Notes: generated by a model from the sequence alone, not told the origin. A stretch of 63,268 nt of DNA from Planctomycetota bacterium (GCA_038227875.1 JBBRPR010000052.1:1-63268); one strand, 5' to 3'. Counted from the stretch's first letter, positions 18,735 to 29,134 are shown. Program-made: numbers and translations.

Positions 18735-20339
18735 ATGGCCATACCGCTGCGCATTTTAGTCCTTGAGGACAACCCGTCGGACGCCGAGCTGATGTTGAAC
18801 GCGCTCCGCAACTTCGGGTACGCACCATTCTGCGTTCGCGTGGAGTCCGAAAAGGAATTCGAGACTCAACTGAGCCTGACGCCGCTGCCGGACGTCGTTC
18901 TCGCTGATTTCTCCATGCCGGAATTCGATGCGTTGCGCGCGCTGGAAATTCTGAACCAGTTCCCATCGGACATTCCCTTAATCCTGGTCTCGAGCACCAT
19001 CGGTGAAGAACGCGCGGTCGAAGTCATGAAACACGGCGCGGCCGATTACATCATGAAGGATCGTCTGACGCGGCTGGGGCTGGCCGTGGCCCAGGCGCTG
19101 GAACAGAAGCGTCTGCGGGGAGACAAACTCCAGGCCGAAGACGCCTTGATCCAGAGCAACGAGTCCTCCCGGAAGGAGCAGGAAGCCCGCAAACTGGCGG
19201 AGCACGAACGCCGTGTGTTGCAGGATTCCAGCAAGCAGAAGGATGTTTTCCTGGCCATGCTCGGCCATGAATTGCGCAACCCACTGGCGCCCATTCGTTC
19301 GGCGGTTCACGTTCTGCAAGAAGCGCTGAAAGGCGACCCCCGGCTGAAGAAGGCCTGCGATATCATTCAGCGCCAGGCGCAGCACATGACCCGGATAGTC
19401 GAAGACCTGCTTGATCTGTCGCGGATTTCGCAGGGAAAAATTGTCCTGCGCAAGGAACATCTCGATTTGAACGAACTGGTCCGGCAGACCACGGACGACT
19501 ACCGGATAGATGTGGAATCCTCCGGCGCCACGGTGAAGTCGGAGTCCTCGCCCAAGCCCTTGTGGATCATGGCCGACCCCACGCGTATCTGCCAGGTCGT
19601 CGGCAACCTGCTTCAAAACGCCAAGAAGTTCACGCGCGCCGGAGATCGCATCACGGTGAAGGTTTCAGCCCTGTCGGAAGCGCGCGCTGAACTGATCGTC
19701 CGCGATTCCGGACTGGGCATGACGCCGGAAACGCTCGCCACCGTTTTCGAACCGTTCAGACAGGCAGATCAGTCCATTGCGCGGACCAACGGCGGATTGG
19801 GTTTGGGCTTGTCCACGGTGAAAGGAATAGTGGAGATGCATGGTGGCTGCGTGATGGCGAGCAGCAAAGGATTGGGATTGGGTTCGGAGATTACGATTCA
19901 ATTCCCGCTGGATGAAACCGTTCAGCCGGTCAAAGCCTGTCCCGTGCCCGCCCTGAAAGCAAAAGGCCGTCGCGTCCTGATCATCGAGGACAACGTGGAT
20001 TCCGCGGAGATGATGTGCTTCCTGCTGAAGCACGAAGGCCACGACGTTTCGATCGCCTTTACCGGCGCAACAGGTTTGAACGCCGCCAGGACGTTGGATC
20101 CGGAAATCATCGTGTGTGATATTGGTTTGCCGGGCGGTATGGACGGCTACGCGTTTGCCAGGACCTGTCGAACCGATCCTGCGTTTCAGGCCACAGTCCT
20201 TGTGGCGCTGACAGGCTACGGCCAGCCCAGCGACAAGAAACGGGCTACGGATGCCGGTTTCGACCTGCACCTGACCAAGCCCGTGGACCCCGCCGCGCTG
20301 ATCGAAGTTATCGGTTCGCTTTCCGTCCCGGTGGCGTGA
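18735..20339 (+). CDS. Hybrid kinase REC-HisKA-HATPase-REC
   Basis: N-terminal receiver, FLAMLGHELRNPL, GGLGLGL, C-terminal receiver ending HLTKPVD. Confidence 0.92.
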   Translation: MAIPLRILVLEDNPSDAELMLNALRNFGYAPFCVRVESEKEFETQLSLTPLPDVVLADFSMPEFDALRALEILNQFPSDIPLILVSSTIGEERAVEVMKHGAADYIMKDRLTRLGLAVAQALEQKRLRGDKLQAEDALIQSNESSRKEQEARKLAEHERRVLQDSSKQKDVFLAMLGHELRNPLAPIRSAVHVLQEALKGDPRLKKACDIIQRQAQHMTRIVEDLLDLSRISQGKIVLRKEHLDLNELVRQTTDDYRIDVESSGATVKSESSPKPLWIMADPTRICQVVGNLLQNAKKFTRAGDRITVKVSALSEARAELIVRDSGLGMTPETLATVFEPFRQADQSIARTNGGLGLGLSTVKGIVEMHGGCVMASSKGLGLGSEITIQFPLDETVQPVKACPVPALKAKGRRVLIIEDNVDSAEMMCFLLKHEGHDVSIAFTGATGLNAARTLDPEIIVCDIGLPGGMDGYAFARTCRTDPAFQATVLVALTGYGQPSDKKRATDAGFDLHLTKPVDPAALIEVIGSLSVPVA

Positions 20340-20352
20340 TCGAACTTGGGAA

Positions 20353-21207
20353 CTACAACTGCTCGTACGGCATTTCGAAGATCGCTTTAAGTTTGCTCAT
20401 GTCGCCGGTCTTCAGGCCCTCGCTGTACCAGCGCACGCGCTGCGCCGCGGTGCCGTGCGTGTAATTCTGCGGCGAGACCCGGCCCGTGAAGCGCTTCTGC
20501 AATTTATCGTCGCCGATGGCATTGGCCGACTTGATCGCTTCTTCCACATCACCGTTTTCGATGAAGTGAAAATCTTCCTGGCCGTAGTGCGCCCAGACTC
20601 CGGCGAGGTAATCCGCCTGCAACTCCGCGCGTACCGACCAGCGATTGAATTCCGTCTTCGATAACGTGCGCCGCTTTTCATCGATGATCGCGCCATAGCC
20701 GAGCAACGTCTGCACGTGATGCCCGATCTCGTGAGCGATGACGTACGCCTGCGAGAAGTCGGCCTTGGATCCACCGAGCTTCTGCGAAAGCTCCTCGAAG
20801 AAATTGGGGTCGATGTACACGATCTGGTCTTCAGGACAATAGAACGGACCCACCGCGGAATTGGCATCGCCGCAGCCGGTCTGAACCTGCTGTTCGAACA
20901 TGACCAGCTTGGGTTTCTGGTACGACTTGCCCATTTTGCGGAACTGTTCGTCCCATACTTTTTCCGTGTAGCCCAGCACGGTGGCGATGAACTTCCGCGG
21001 CCGGTCTTCCACTCCCGGCGCCGTCTGCGTCACGCGCGTTTGACTGGGCGCGTCCGAGGTTCGATTCAGAATATACGAAGGGTCAATGCCCAGAAAATAG
21101 CCGACGATCAGCAACAGAATCGTGCCGCCGCCAATCACATGCGGCGCCCCGATTGCGCCACGGCGGTCTTCAACGTTCCCGCTCTCTTCTCCACCTTCCC
21201 ATTTCAT
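20353..21207 (-). CDS. Neutral zinc metallopeptidase (YpfJ-like)
   Basis: SGNVEDRR, GPFYCP, AHEIGHHVQ, ELQADYLAG, HGTAAQR; start moved to MKWEG. Confidence 0.9.
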   Translation of the reverse strand: MKWEGGEESGNVEDRRGAIGAPHVIGGGTILLLIVGYFLGIDPSYILNRTSDAPSQTRVTQTAPGVEDRPRKFIATVLGYTEKVWDEQFRKMGKSYQKPKLVMFEQQVQTGCGDANSAVGPFYCPEDQIVYIDPNFFEELSQKLGGSKADFSQAYVIAHEIGHHVQTLLGYGAIIDEKRRTLSKTEFNRWSVRAELQADYLAGVWAHYGQEDFHFIENGDVEEAIKSANAIGDDKLQKRFTGRVSPQNYTHGTAAQRVRWYSEGLKTGDMSKLKAIFEMPYEQL

Positions 21208-21610
21208 CGTGATTTCTCCAATCCAATAGGCACTCCGAGCATGCAAACGTAAGCACATCCCGGACCACGTATCGTAACGGGTGTAATTGAGGAAATGTCG
21301 AAATTGGAAGGCATAAATCAGTGGTCACCCACTGATTTTCAACCTGAAAGTGAATTTGATTGGAGTCGCGTACCAAACCCGCAAGGGGGCCCGGCCCCGC
21401 GGGCCGGGTTGCGTCGGCAATAAGAAGCTCCAGGACAGATTACCCGTGCCAGAAATCCATCCGACTTCGAAGCGCTCGCGGACCGTCGGTGTCGCTCCGT
21501 GAATTCAATCTCCGTCCTGGAGCTTCTTGTCGCAAGCGACCCGGCCCGTTGGCACCGGGCCGCCCCTCGCGGGTGTGTCCCAATCTAATCCGCAATCCGC
21601 AATAGCAACT

Positions 21611-22195
21611 TCAGCCGCAGCCTTCCGCATCCATAAACGCGTACACCAGGATATGTCCCACGATCATCTGCCCATCTTCGATCAGGCCCATATGATCGGA
21701 CTTGATGTGGACGTGGTGCTTGACCATTTCCTTGAGCTTCCCGCCGGCGAAGCCGGAGATGCCGATGGTCTCGCAGCCGATCTGGTTGGCGTACTGCAGG
21801 GCCTTCAGCACGTTCTTGGAATTGCCGCTGCCGGAGATCGCGATCAGCAGGTCGCCTTTTTCGGCGTAATTCTTGAGCTGCTCGACGAACACGTCTTCGT
21901 ACGAAATGTCGTTGGAGAGCGCCGTCATCCACGGCGTGTTGTCGGTCAGCGAGAGCACGCGGAAGCGCTTCTCGCGGTTGCGCGAGCAGCCCTTGCCCAG
22001 GTCGACAGCCAGGTGCGAGGCCGAGGCCGCGCTGCCGCCGTTGCCGAGCAGAAAGACCTGGCGACCTTCTTCGCGTGCGGCGGAGAGGAGCAGGCCGACC
22101 TTCTCGACTTCCTTCGGATCGATGGACTGGAGCAGGGCCGTCAGCTTGGTGATGTACCCGCGGACGTAATCGGTTGTGGCCAGATTTTGAATCAT
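21611..22195 (-). CDS. gmhA: SIS-domain phosphoheptose isomerase (GmhA-like)
   Basis: GNGGSAASASH, TALSND, ISGSGNSKNV. Confidence 0.75.
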   Translation of the reverse strand: MIQNLATTDYVRGYITKLTALLQSIDPKEVEKVGLLLSAAREEGRQVFLLGNGGSAASASHLAVDLGKGCSRNREKRFRVLSLTDNTPWMTALSNDISYEDVFVEQLKNYAEKGDLLIAISGSGNSKNVLKALQYANQIGCETIGISGFAGGKLKEMVKHHVHIKSDHMGLIEDGQMIVGHILVYAFMDAEGCG

Positions 22196-22216
22196 GATGG
22201 TTGTTTGAGTCTCCCG

Positions 22217-22939
22217 TTATTTTGCGTCTTCGGTGACGAAATCCACCTGCTGCTGCACGCCGGTGGGCATGGCGAAGTCGTCGTCCTTGAACTTATCGAC
22301 GGCTTTAATGTCGGAGTAGCGTTCGACAATCTTTCCGGAATCGGGCCGGTACTCAATCTCGTTGAAGAACAGATCCTTCGCGCCGATGCGCGACTGAATG
22401 TACTGGTACGCAAGCGGATTCTTGCCGCCGGCTTTGGGCAGAAAGACCAGCCGCAGGTCGGTCCCCTTGCTGAAGACGCTGATGTCGAAGAGCTCCGCCA
22501 ATCCCTTCACGTCCACCGTCACGGCCGCCTGGAGCAGCTTCAGCGCGCTGGGCGCTTTGGAGAAATCCTTGACCATGTCGAGCTTGCGGCTGGCCGCGTA
22601 TTCGTGCAACTGCGAGCCATTGAGCAGCCGCATCTTCACCTTCGGCTTGGAAAACTTCTGCAGCACCCGGCCGCTGCGGTCGAGCAGCAGTTCGCCTTCG
22701 TCCTTGCGCGTGCCGAGCATAAGGTCTTCGGACTCGGTGATCAGGTGCGCCTTGATCAGCGGGTTGTCTTTGAAGCGTTTGGCCAGATCGCCGAGCGCCT
22801 TTTCCGCGTCCGCGCTTGGAAGTTGGGTTTCACCCTCCGCAGCTTTGTTAACCGTCGGTGCTTCGCTTCCATGGAGAATCGGAGCCAACGCCAAAGCAAA
22901 CACGGCCAGAACACACGCGTACAAATCTTTCAAAACCAA
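22217..22939 (-). CDS. Exported LolA-like protein
   Basis: Signal peptide, beta-rich fold pattern, C-terminal F..P.GV. Confidence 0.6.
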   Translation of the reverse strand: MVLKDLYACVLAVFALALAPILHGSEAPTVNKAAEGETQLPSADAEKALGDLAKRFKDNPLIKAHLITESEDLMLGTRKDEGELLLDRSGRVLQKFSKPKVKMRLLNGSQLHEYAASRKLDMVKDFSKAPSALKLLQAAVTVDVKGLAELFDISVFSKGTDLRLVFLPKAGGKNPLAYQYIQSRIGAKDLFFNEIEYRPDSGKIVERYSDIKAVDKFKDDDFAMPTGVQQQVDFVTEDAK

Positions 22940-23126
22940 CCTCCTCTTTCAGCCAACCAGATTACCCGCTCGAGTCCCCTCGGCAAGCCGAAGCCCGCCG
23001 CTTGTCAGCCTTACCCAGTCCCAGTGTCCCGCCGATGGGCAGGACGTGACGCGTGTATTAAGGTGGAGACGTGCTCCGCCCCTCCGTATTCAACGAAAGC
23101 GAAGCGTCTCGCCGTAACCTCAGTCC

Positions 23127-24239
23127 TCAGTCCTTCAGTATCGTCGCATACAACTCCAAACACTCCCGCGCGGCCTTATCCCACGAGAACAGCTTCGCGC
23201 GCGCGAGCCCCTTCTCAGCGCACGTCCGGTGCAACGCGTCGTCGGTCATCATTCGGGCGATTTGAGCGGCAATCGACTCGACTGACTTGGGATCGGCCAG
23301 CAACCCCGCGTCCTCAATGATCTCCGGAAGGCTGCCGACCGTGGCGCCAATCACCGGACAGCCGCACGCGAACGCTTCGATCGCCGGAATGCCGAAGCCT
23401 TCGTAGAGCGTCGCGAACAGCAGCGCCCGCGCGCCGGTATAGAGCGCCGGGATGTCGTCGTCGGCGACATAGCCAAGCAACTTGATGGCATCCGTGTCTT
23501 TCGAGGCTTCGATCGCCGCGCGAATCTCGTCGCCGCCGAACCCGATGCGCCCGGCGATCGCGAACTGCATGTCGGACTTCGTCTGCGCGCGAGCCATCGC
23601 AAACGCTCTGACCAGTGCAGGCACATTCTTGCGGCGGTTGACACTGCCCACAAAAATAAAGTACGGCCGGTCGAGCCCATGCTTCCGGCGCACCGCCGCG
23701 ACGGTCTCGGGATCGCGTGGCGAAAAGTTCTCGCCACCCGCTTCATGAATCACGTGCAGCTTCGCCGGGTCGGGCTTCAACGTCTGCAGCACATCGCGCT
23801 TGACGCAGTGGCTGACGCAGACGATCGCGTCGGCCTGATGGAGCACTTCCGCGTAGCGCCGGGCCTTCAACGCGCGGAATTCCTCGGTCGCGAATTCCGT
23901 CGACTGCAGCGAGGAGAAGACGTCGTGAATCGTGACGACTTTCTTCGCCTTCATCCAGCGACCCGGTAACCGCGCGTCGAGTCCGTGAAAGACATCCGTC
24001 GCGCGCGCGAAGAGCGGGTGCAATCCTTCGAGCATCAGCTTGTGGCGAAAGTTCGGGCCTGGCAGCGGAATGCGGTGAAAAACGTTCTTCGGCCGCGACG
24101 CGCGCGTCACCAGCGAGAAACGGTGCGGCGGCGACCCGGTGTTGACGCGGTTGAACGCGGCTACCATCCGGCGAATGTACATCGCCACGCCCGTCGACTG
24201 CGGCCGCGCGGCACTGGAGACATCGAGCGCAATTTTCAT
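23127..24239 (-). CDS. GT4-family glycosyltransferase
   Basis: TGVAMY, TIHD, RKNV, YEGFGIPAIEAFACGCPV, FSW. Confidence 0.92.
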   Translation of the reverse strand: MKIALDVSSAARPQSTGVAMYIRRMVAAFNRVNTGSPPHRFSLVTRASRPKNVFHRIPLPGPNFRHKLMLEGLHPLFARATDVFHGLDARLPGRWMKAKKVVTIHDVFSSLQSTEFATEEFRALKARRYAEVLHQADAIVCVSHCVKRDVLQTLKPDPAKLHVIHEAGGENFSPRDPETVAAVRRKHGLDRPYFIFVGSVNRRKNVPALVRAFAMARAQTKSDMQFAIAGRIGFGGDEIRAAIEASKDTDAIKLLGYVADDDIPALYTGARALLFATLYEGFGIPAIEAFACGCPVIGATVGSLPEIIEDAGLLADPKSVESIAAQIARMMTDDALHRTCAEKGLARAKLFSWDKAARECLELYATILKD

Positions 24240-24261
24240 GAACCGGACAGTGTCGGGGAGG

Positions 24262-24290
24262 AATTCAAAATTAAAAATTCAAAATTAAAA
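24262..24290. repeat. Heptamer tandem repeat (ATTCAAA/ATTAAAA) x4
   Basis: Seen directly in the intergenic sequence. Confidence 0.8.
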
Positions 24291-24395
24291 AACGCGCGCA
24301 GAGCCAGTACGCGCATGGAAATGTGATAGAACAGTTCAGCCAATTGTATGCCTTTGTGATGTTCGCGACTGCGCGCCACCAGTTTTGGCGAGGAC

Positions 24396-25613
24396 ATGTC
24401 AGTGCATAAAATCATCATCGACAAGCCTTATCAATTCGTGCCGCCGCTGGACAGCTGGTTCTGGCCGACAGCTCTGGATCTGGTCATGCCGCGCATCTTG
24501 AAGCGCTATCACGGCATGATGCAGGTCGACCTCGTCGGCGTGGAACACCTGCGCAAATCGGTCGCGGAAGGCCACGGCATTGTCCTCGCGCCCAATCACT
24601 CGCGCCCCTGCGATCCGATGGTGCTCTCGCCGCTGGGGCAGAGCGTCGGGCGGCATTTCTTCATCATGGCCAGCTGGCATCTGTTCATGCAGAATCGCAT
24701 CCAGACCTATCTGCTCCGCCGGGCCGGCGTGTTCAGCATCTACCGAGAAGGAATGGACAAGGCGGCGCTCAACGCCGCAATCGAAATTCTCGTCGAGGCC
24801 AAACGGCCGCTGGTGATCTTCCCCGAAGGCGTGATCTCGCGCACCAACGATCATCTCAATCCGCTGATGGAAGGCACGTCATTCATCGCCCGTAATGCGG
24901 CTCGCAAGCGCGCCAAGGCGTCGCCGCAGGCGAAAGTCGTGATTCATCCGGTCGCGATCAACTATTTCTATCGCGGCGACATCCACAAGGCGGTCGACCC
25001 GGTGCTCGAACACATTGAAGGCCGCCTCTCGTGGCGTCCGATCAAGGGCAAGCACGTGATCGAACGCATCTACCGCATCGGCGATGCGTTGCTGGGGCTG
25101 AAAGAAATGGATTACCTCGGCGCGCCCCGCACCGGCGAAATCGCGCCGCGTTTGCGCGACCTGATCGAACACTTGCTTACACCGCTGGAAAAGGAATACC
25201 GCGAAGGGCAGAAGGAATCGCACACCGTCGCGCGCGTAAAGCGGCTGCGCCAATCCATCCTCCCTGACATGACCACCGCCGAACTGCCTGAAGTTGAGCG
25301 CGAACGGCGCTGGCGCCAGCTCGCGGATCTGTATCTCGCGCAGCAGCTCGATTTCTATCCGCCCGACTACATTCGCTCGCGCCCGACGCCCGAACGCATT
25401 CTGGAAACCGTGGAGCGCTTTGAGGAAGACCTGACCGATGTCGCGCGAGTCCATTCCCCTATGGCTGCCGTGGTGCAGGTTGGCGAAGCGATCGAGGTCA
25501 GCCCCGACCGCGAGCGTGGCGCGGCAGATCCGGTGATGCAGAAGCTCGAAGATCAACTCAAAGCCATGCTGGAAAAGACGGCGCAGGAACGCACCGCGCC
25601 CATTGCGCTGTAA
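24396..25613 (+). CDS. PlsC-like phospholipid/glycerol acyltransferase with C-terminal extension
   Basis: HX4D motif NHSRPCD and IFPEG. Confidence 0.88.
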   Translation: MSVHKIIIDKPYQFVPPLDSWFWPTALDLVMPRILKRYHGMMQVDLVGVEHLRKSVAEGHGIVLAPNHSRPCDPMVLSPLGQSVGRHFFIMASWHLFMQNRIQTYLLRRAGVFSIYREGMDKAALNAAIEILVEAKRPLVIFPEGVISRTNDHLNPLMEGTSFIARNAARKRAKASPQAKVVIHPVAINYFYRGDIHKAVDPVLEHIEGRLSWRPIKGKHVIERIYRIGDALLGLKEMDYLGAPRTGEIAPRLRDLIEHLLTPLEKEYREGQKESHTVARVKRLRQSILPDMTTAELPEVERERRWRQLADLYLAQQLDFYPPDYIRSRPTPERILETVERFEEDLTDVARVHSPMAAVVQVGEAIEVSPDRERGAADPVMQKLEDQLKAMLEKTAQERTAPIAL

Positions 25614-25640
25614 AACTTCATATCGAAAAGGAGTTTCTAT

Positions 25641-26300
25641 TTGGCAGACGCGAAGCGCTCGATCTGGCGGGTTCGAATCGGACTGGTGGTGCTGGCTCTC
25701 GGCGCGTGGTTTCTGACGCAGTGGCTGATCTCCGGTCGCACACCGCCGACGGCGGGCATCAACGACGGCATGCACCGCCTGACCGCGCCGCTCCACAATT
25801 GGCTCTGGGACCATGAGCGCGCCGCAAACGCGCTGATGATCGTCAGCTCGGGCTTCATCGATGGCTTCGCGATTTACGTGCTCCTCATGGGCATCTTTGG
25901 AAAAAGCTTCCGCCCGTTCATCGGCCTGTTCATTCTGTTTCTGCTCCGCCAGATCTGCGAGGGCCTGGTCTCGCTACCGACGCCGGAGCACATGATCTGG
26001 CGCTACCCCGGCTGCCCGGCGATTCTCGTCACGTATGGCGTCGCGACGGACCTGTTCTTCTCCGGCCACACTTCCGTCGCCGTCTTCGGCGCGCTGGAAC
26101 TCGGCCGCCGTGGCCGTGGCTGGCTGGCCTTCGGCATCGGCGTCGCGATCTTCGAAGCGCTCACCGTGCTGACGCTGCGCGCCCACTACACGATGGACGT
26201 CTTCGCCGCCGCCACGACCGCGTTGTGCGTCGCAACGCTCGCCGAATACCTCGCGCCCTTCTGCGATAGTTGGATCGCGCGCGTCGCCGGGGCGCGCTAA
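25641..26300 (+). CDS. PAP2-superfamily membrane protein, sphingomyelin-synthase-like
   Basis: DLFFSGHT and AHYTMDVFAA motifs in a multi-TM protein. Confidence 0.75.
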   Translation: MADAKRSIWRVRIGLVVLALGAWFLTQWLISGRTPPTAGINDGMHRLTAPLHNWLWDHERAANALMIVSSGFIDGFAIYVLLMGIFGKSFRPFIGLFILFLLRQICEGLVSLPTPEHMIWRYPGCPAILVTYGVATDLFFSGHTSVAVFGALELGRRGRGWLAFGIGVAIFEALTVLTLRAHYTMDVFAAATTALCVATLAEYLAPFCDSWIARVAGAR

Positions 26301-26519
26301 AGCGCGAGGGGCCTGGGGTCAGGGGCCAGAGCCAAGTCGCGTTAGCGTTTTTGCATCGACGACCTGGTTTAACTTCGAACTTCTCCACGGATTTCCTATA
26401 CATCGCGCTGCAGTTCCTTTCCTTCTTCCGCCCACACGCCGAGCACACACGTCCGCCGAACCTCGCACCCAACTCTGACCCCTGACCCCTAACCCCTGAC
26501 CCCTCGCGCTTTAGCGCGC
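26292..26519. repeat. Inverted-repeat-bounded miniature element with GGGGTCA heptamers
   Basis: Perfect 20-bp IR GCGCGCTAAAGCGCGAGGGG (26292-26311) / CCCCTCGCGCTTTAGCGCGC (26500-26519), extended inward by heptamer arrays. Confidence 0.85.
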
Positions 26520-26602
26520 GCGACAATAAACCGCTTGAGTTTGGCCCGGGCTGATTAAAATGGTCGGTTTTGACCACCAGTCATTCGCCGGGAGGCTGTC
26601 CG

Positions 26603-27238
26603 ATGCGTAAGTACATTATCATGGGCGTGCAGGGGTGCGGTAAGGGCACGCAGGCCAAGCTGCTCAAGGACGACTTCGATCTCGTCCACATCTGCGTCGG
26701 CGACATCTTCCGCTGGAATATCCAGACGCACACCAAGCTCGCCGCCCGCATCAAGCGCATCATGTCGGAAGGCCACCTCGTTCCCGACGACATCGTCGAA
26801 GAGATCGTCCGCGTGCGCCTCGACGAACACGATTGGAATTACGGCTTCATCCTCGACGGCTTCCCCCGCAACCGCCGCCAGGCCGAATTCTTTCTGGAAA
26901 GCTACGACATCGACGCGGTGATCCTGATCGACGTTCCCGACAAGGTCACGAAGGAACGGATCATGGCCCGCGTGCTCTGTTCGCGCTGCGGACTGGACTA
27001 CAATTTGATTTACCATCGTCCGACCAAGAACAATGCCTGCGACGTCTGCGGCGGAGCGTTGGTGCGCCGCGCCGACGACAACGAAGAAGCGATCAACGTC
27101 CGTCTCAAGGATTACCACGAGAAGACCGCGCCGATCATCGACCTCTTCCGCAAGAAGGAACTGGTCCTCGCCGCCGACGGCACGAAGCCGCCCGCGGACG
27201 TGCAGAAGGAGATTCGGCGGTTGCTCAAGCTGGCCTAA
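26603..27238 (+). CDS. adk: Adenylate kinase with four-Cys zinc LID
   Basis: GVQGCGKGTQA, ILDGFPRN, CSRC...CDVC, RRADD. Confidence 0.9.
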   Translation: MRKYIIMGVQGCGKGTQAKLLKDDFDLVHICVGDIFRWNIQTHTKLAARIKRIMSEGHLVPDDIVEEIVRVRLDEHDWNYGFILDGFPRNRRQAEFFLESYDIDAVILIDVPDKVTKERIMARVLCSRCGLDYNLIYHRPTKNNACDVCGGALVRRADDNEEAINVRLKDYHEKTAPIIDLFRKKELVLAADGTKPPADVQKEIRRLLKLA

Positions 27239-27717
27239 TGTCTGAGCCGGTTGAGAGCGCCGCATCCGCGATCCCTGCGAGCACGCACTATCTCGTCATT
27301 CATAATGACGATACGCACTCCGTCTTGTATGTGATCAACATGGCACGAGAGGAACTCAAGTGCGACCAATACGCGGCAGAATGGCTAGCAAAGCAAATTG
27401 ATCAAAAGGGTAAGGTCGCGATTGGCTTCTCGAGTCTGGACGCCGCGGATAAAGTTCGATTGAAAATTCTGAAACACCAAGGCAGGGACACGCCTCCCAC
27501 TATCTCAATAGGCCCATTAAAAGTTACGATTGAAGAAACGATCGAGCTTGGGACGCCAATATTGGGATTTATCGCAGACCAACTGGTTCAATTGTCAGCG
27601 GCAGTAGAAACTGACAAGGATGACGAAAGTTATCACGCTCACCAGGTTGCACTTGGCTGCCTGCTGACAATTCTGGTCTCGGCGTTACTTCTTCTTGGCG
27701 CATGGCGGATATTCTAA
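27238..27717 (+). CDS. ClpS-like domain protein with C-terminal hydrophobic helix
   Basis: Start overlaps the adk stop (TAATG); YLVIHNDDTHSVLYVI...IDQKGKVAI. Confidence 0.65.
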   Translation: MSEPVESAASAIPASTHYLVIHNDDTHSVLYVINMAREELKCDQYAAEWLAKQIDQKGKVAIGFSSLDAADKVRLKILKHQGRDTPPTISIGPLKVTIEETIELGTPILGFIADQLVQLSAAVETDKDDESYHAHQVALGCLLTILVSALLLLGAWRIF

Positions 27718-27744
27718 TTAGTTCGCCCCGCGAATCTGCATTAC

Positions 27745-29031
27745 TTACGGCTCCGGATAATTCACGTGCTTCTCCGTCAGCAGCGGCGCGATCATTTCGC
27801 CGATGATGATGTGGCCCATGTAGTCCGGGTGGTATTGGTTGGCCAACAGCGCCCATGCGTACGGTTCGCCGCGGTACATGCAGAGCTTCGTGATGTCGGC
27901 GACGGCGATGTTGTCTTCGGTGACGAGTTCCTTCACGGCCTTGGTGATCGCTTCGGCGTTCTTGGGGATGGCGCCGCCGGTCGTGGGTGAGAGCACGATG
28001 ATCTGGCTCGTCTTCGTCTTCACCTTTGCGATCAGTTTCTTGACGTCGGCTTTCCAGGCGTCGGGCGTCATGCCGCGGCCGCCGATGTCGTTGGCTCCGA
28101 ATTCGATCAGAACCAGGTCATCGGCGGAGCATTCGGCCACGACTTCCTTGTCGACAACTCCCAGTCCCTGCCCGGCGCTCCAGCCGCCGTGGCCGTGCTG
28201 CACCGGAGTGATGCCCTTGTAACCGAAGTTCTCTTCCAGCAATCGGGCGAGATGCGCGAAGTAAAGGTAGTTGTTTCCTGCGGGAGCTTTGATTCCCGGC
28301 GTGCCGCGATACATCTGCGCGCCGGCGGTCACGGAGTCGCCGAGTGCGATGACCTTGAACGGCTTCTTCGCCTTCAGGTTCTCGACGGTCTTGGCGAGAT
28401 GTTCGGCGCCGTACAGGATGTCCTTGCTGCTGATCGGCGTATCCGGACCGGCCTGAGGCTGAATCTTCGGGTCGGCGATGAACGCGGGGCCTTCGACGCC
28501 GAAGCGGTCGACGATCAGCCAGGTTTTCTCGTTGATCGGACCGTCGACGGCGAATTCGATCTGCCAGTCGAACTTCGGTGCCTTGGCGTCCAGGCCGAGC
28601 TGCTCCCATGTGACGTCGTACTTCTTCCAGTCGGTGCCGATGTCGAGCGGGATTTTGCGGCAGAAAGTGAGCTTCACTGCGCGCGAGGCTTTGGCGTAGA
28701 ACGTGACTCCCGCGAGATTGGCTGGGAAGGGGGTTTCCTGTTCGATCGCGAATTTGCCCGTGCTGCCTTTTTCAAACGAGAGCTTCATGGCGACGCCGTC
28801 GGTGACGGATTCCTTCGTCGCCCAGACGCGGGTCTTGAGCGGCAGAATGGTTTCCACCGTGCCCAGATTCGGCCGGCACCAGAGCGCGGTTTTGGCTTCG
28901 CTGGTGTCTTCGTCGAACTTGATCGGCGTGAACGTGTTCTCGGCCATTGCCCGAAACGAGCAGACGAGCAGCACCAACGCCGTGAGGTTCAGAACGCCCT
29001 TCTGCATGTGGCAACTCCTGATTGAAATCAT
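27745..29031 (-). CDS. Secreted SGNH/GDSL hydrolase with an N-terminal CBM-like domain
   Basis: ALGDSVT, EFGAND, YHP; signal peptide. Confidence 0.85.
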   Translation of the reverse strand: MISIRSCHMQKGVLNLTALVLLVCSFRAMAENTFTPIKFDEDTSEAKTALWCRPNLGTVETILPLKTRVWATKESVTDGVAMKLSFEKGSTGKFAIEQETPFPANLAGVTFYAKASRAVKLTFCRKIPLDIGTDWKKYDVTWEQLGLDAKAPKFDWQIEFAVDGPINEKTWLIVDRFGVEGPAFIADPKIQPQAGPDTPISSKDILYGAEHLAKTVENLKAKKPFKVIALGDSVTAGAQMYRGTPGIKAPAGNNYLYFAHLARLLEENFGYKGITPVQHGHGGWSAGQGLGVVDKEVVAECSADDLVLIEFGANDIGGRGMTPDAWKADVKKLIAKVKTKTSQIIVLSPTTGGAIPKNAEAITKAVKELVTEDNIAVADITKLCMYRGEPYAWALLANQYHPDYMGHIIIGEMIAPLLTEKHVNYPEP

Positions 29032-29134
29032 GGTTGTGTTGTATCTTGACCATGGGATAAATTTGTCCCAAGGTGTACCACACGTACACCACTACCATTA
29101 GTTGTGGTACCTGAATTCTACGCGATAAAATGAA

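Noticed and set aside
21527..23320. 597-aa plus-strand ORF
   Set aside because: Shadow spanning three well-supported minus-strand genes.
26330..26470. Four-helix-bundle gene remnant inside the heptamer element (DFLYIAL)
   Set aside because: Too short a match to support.
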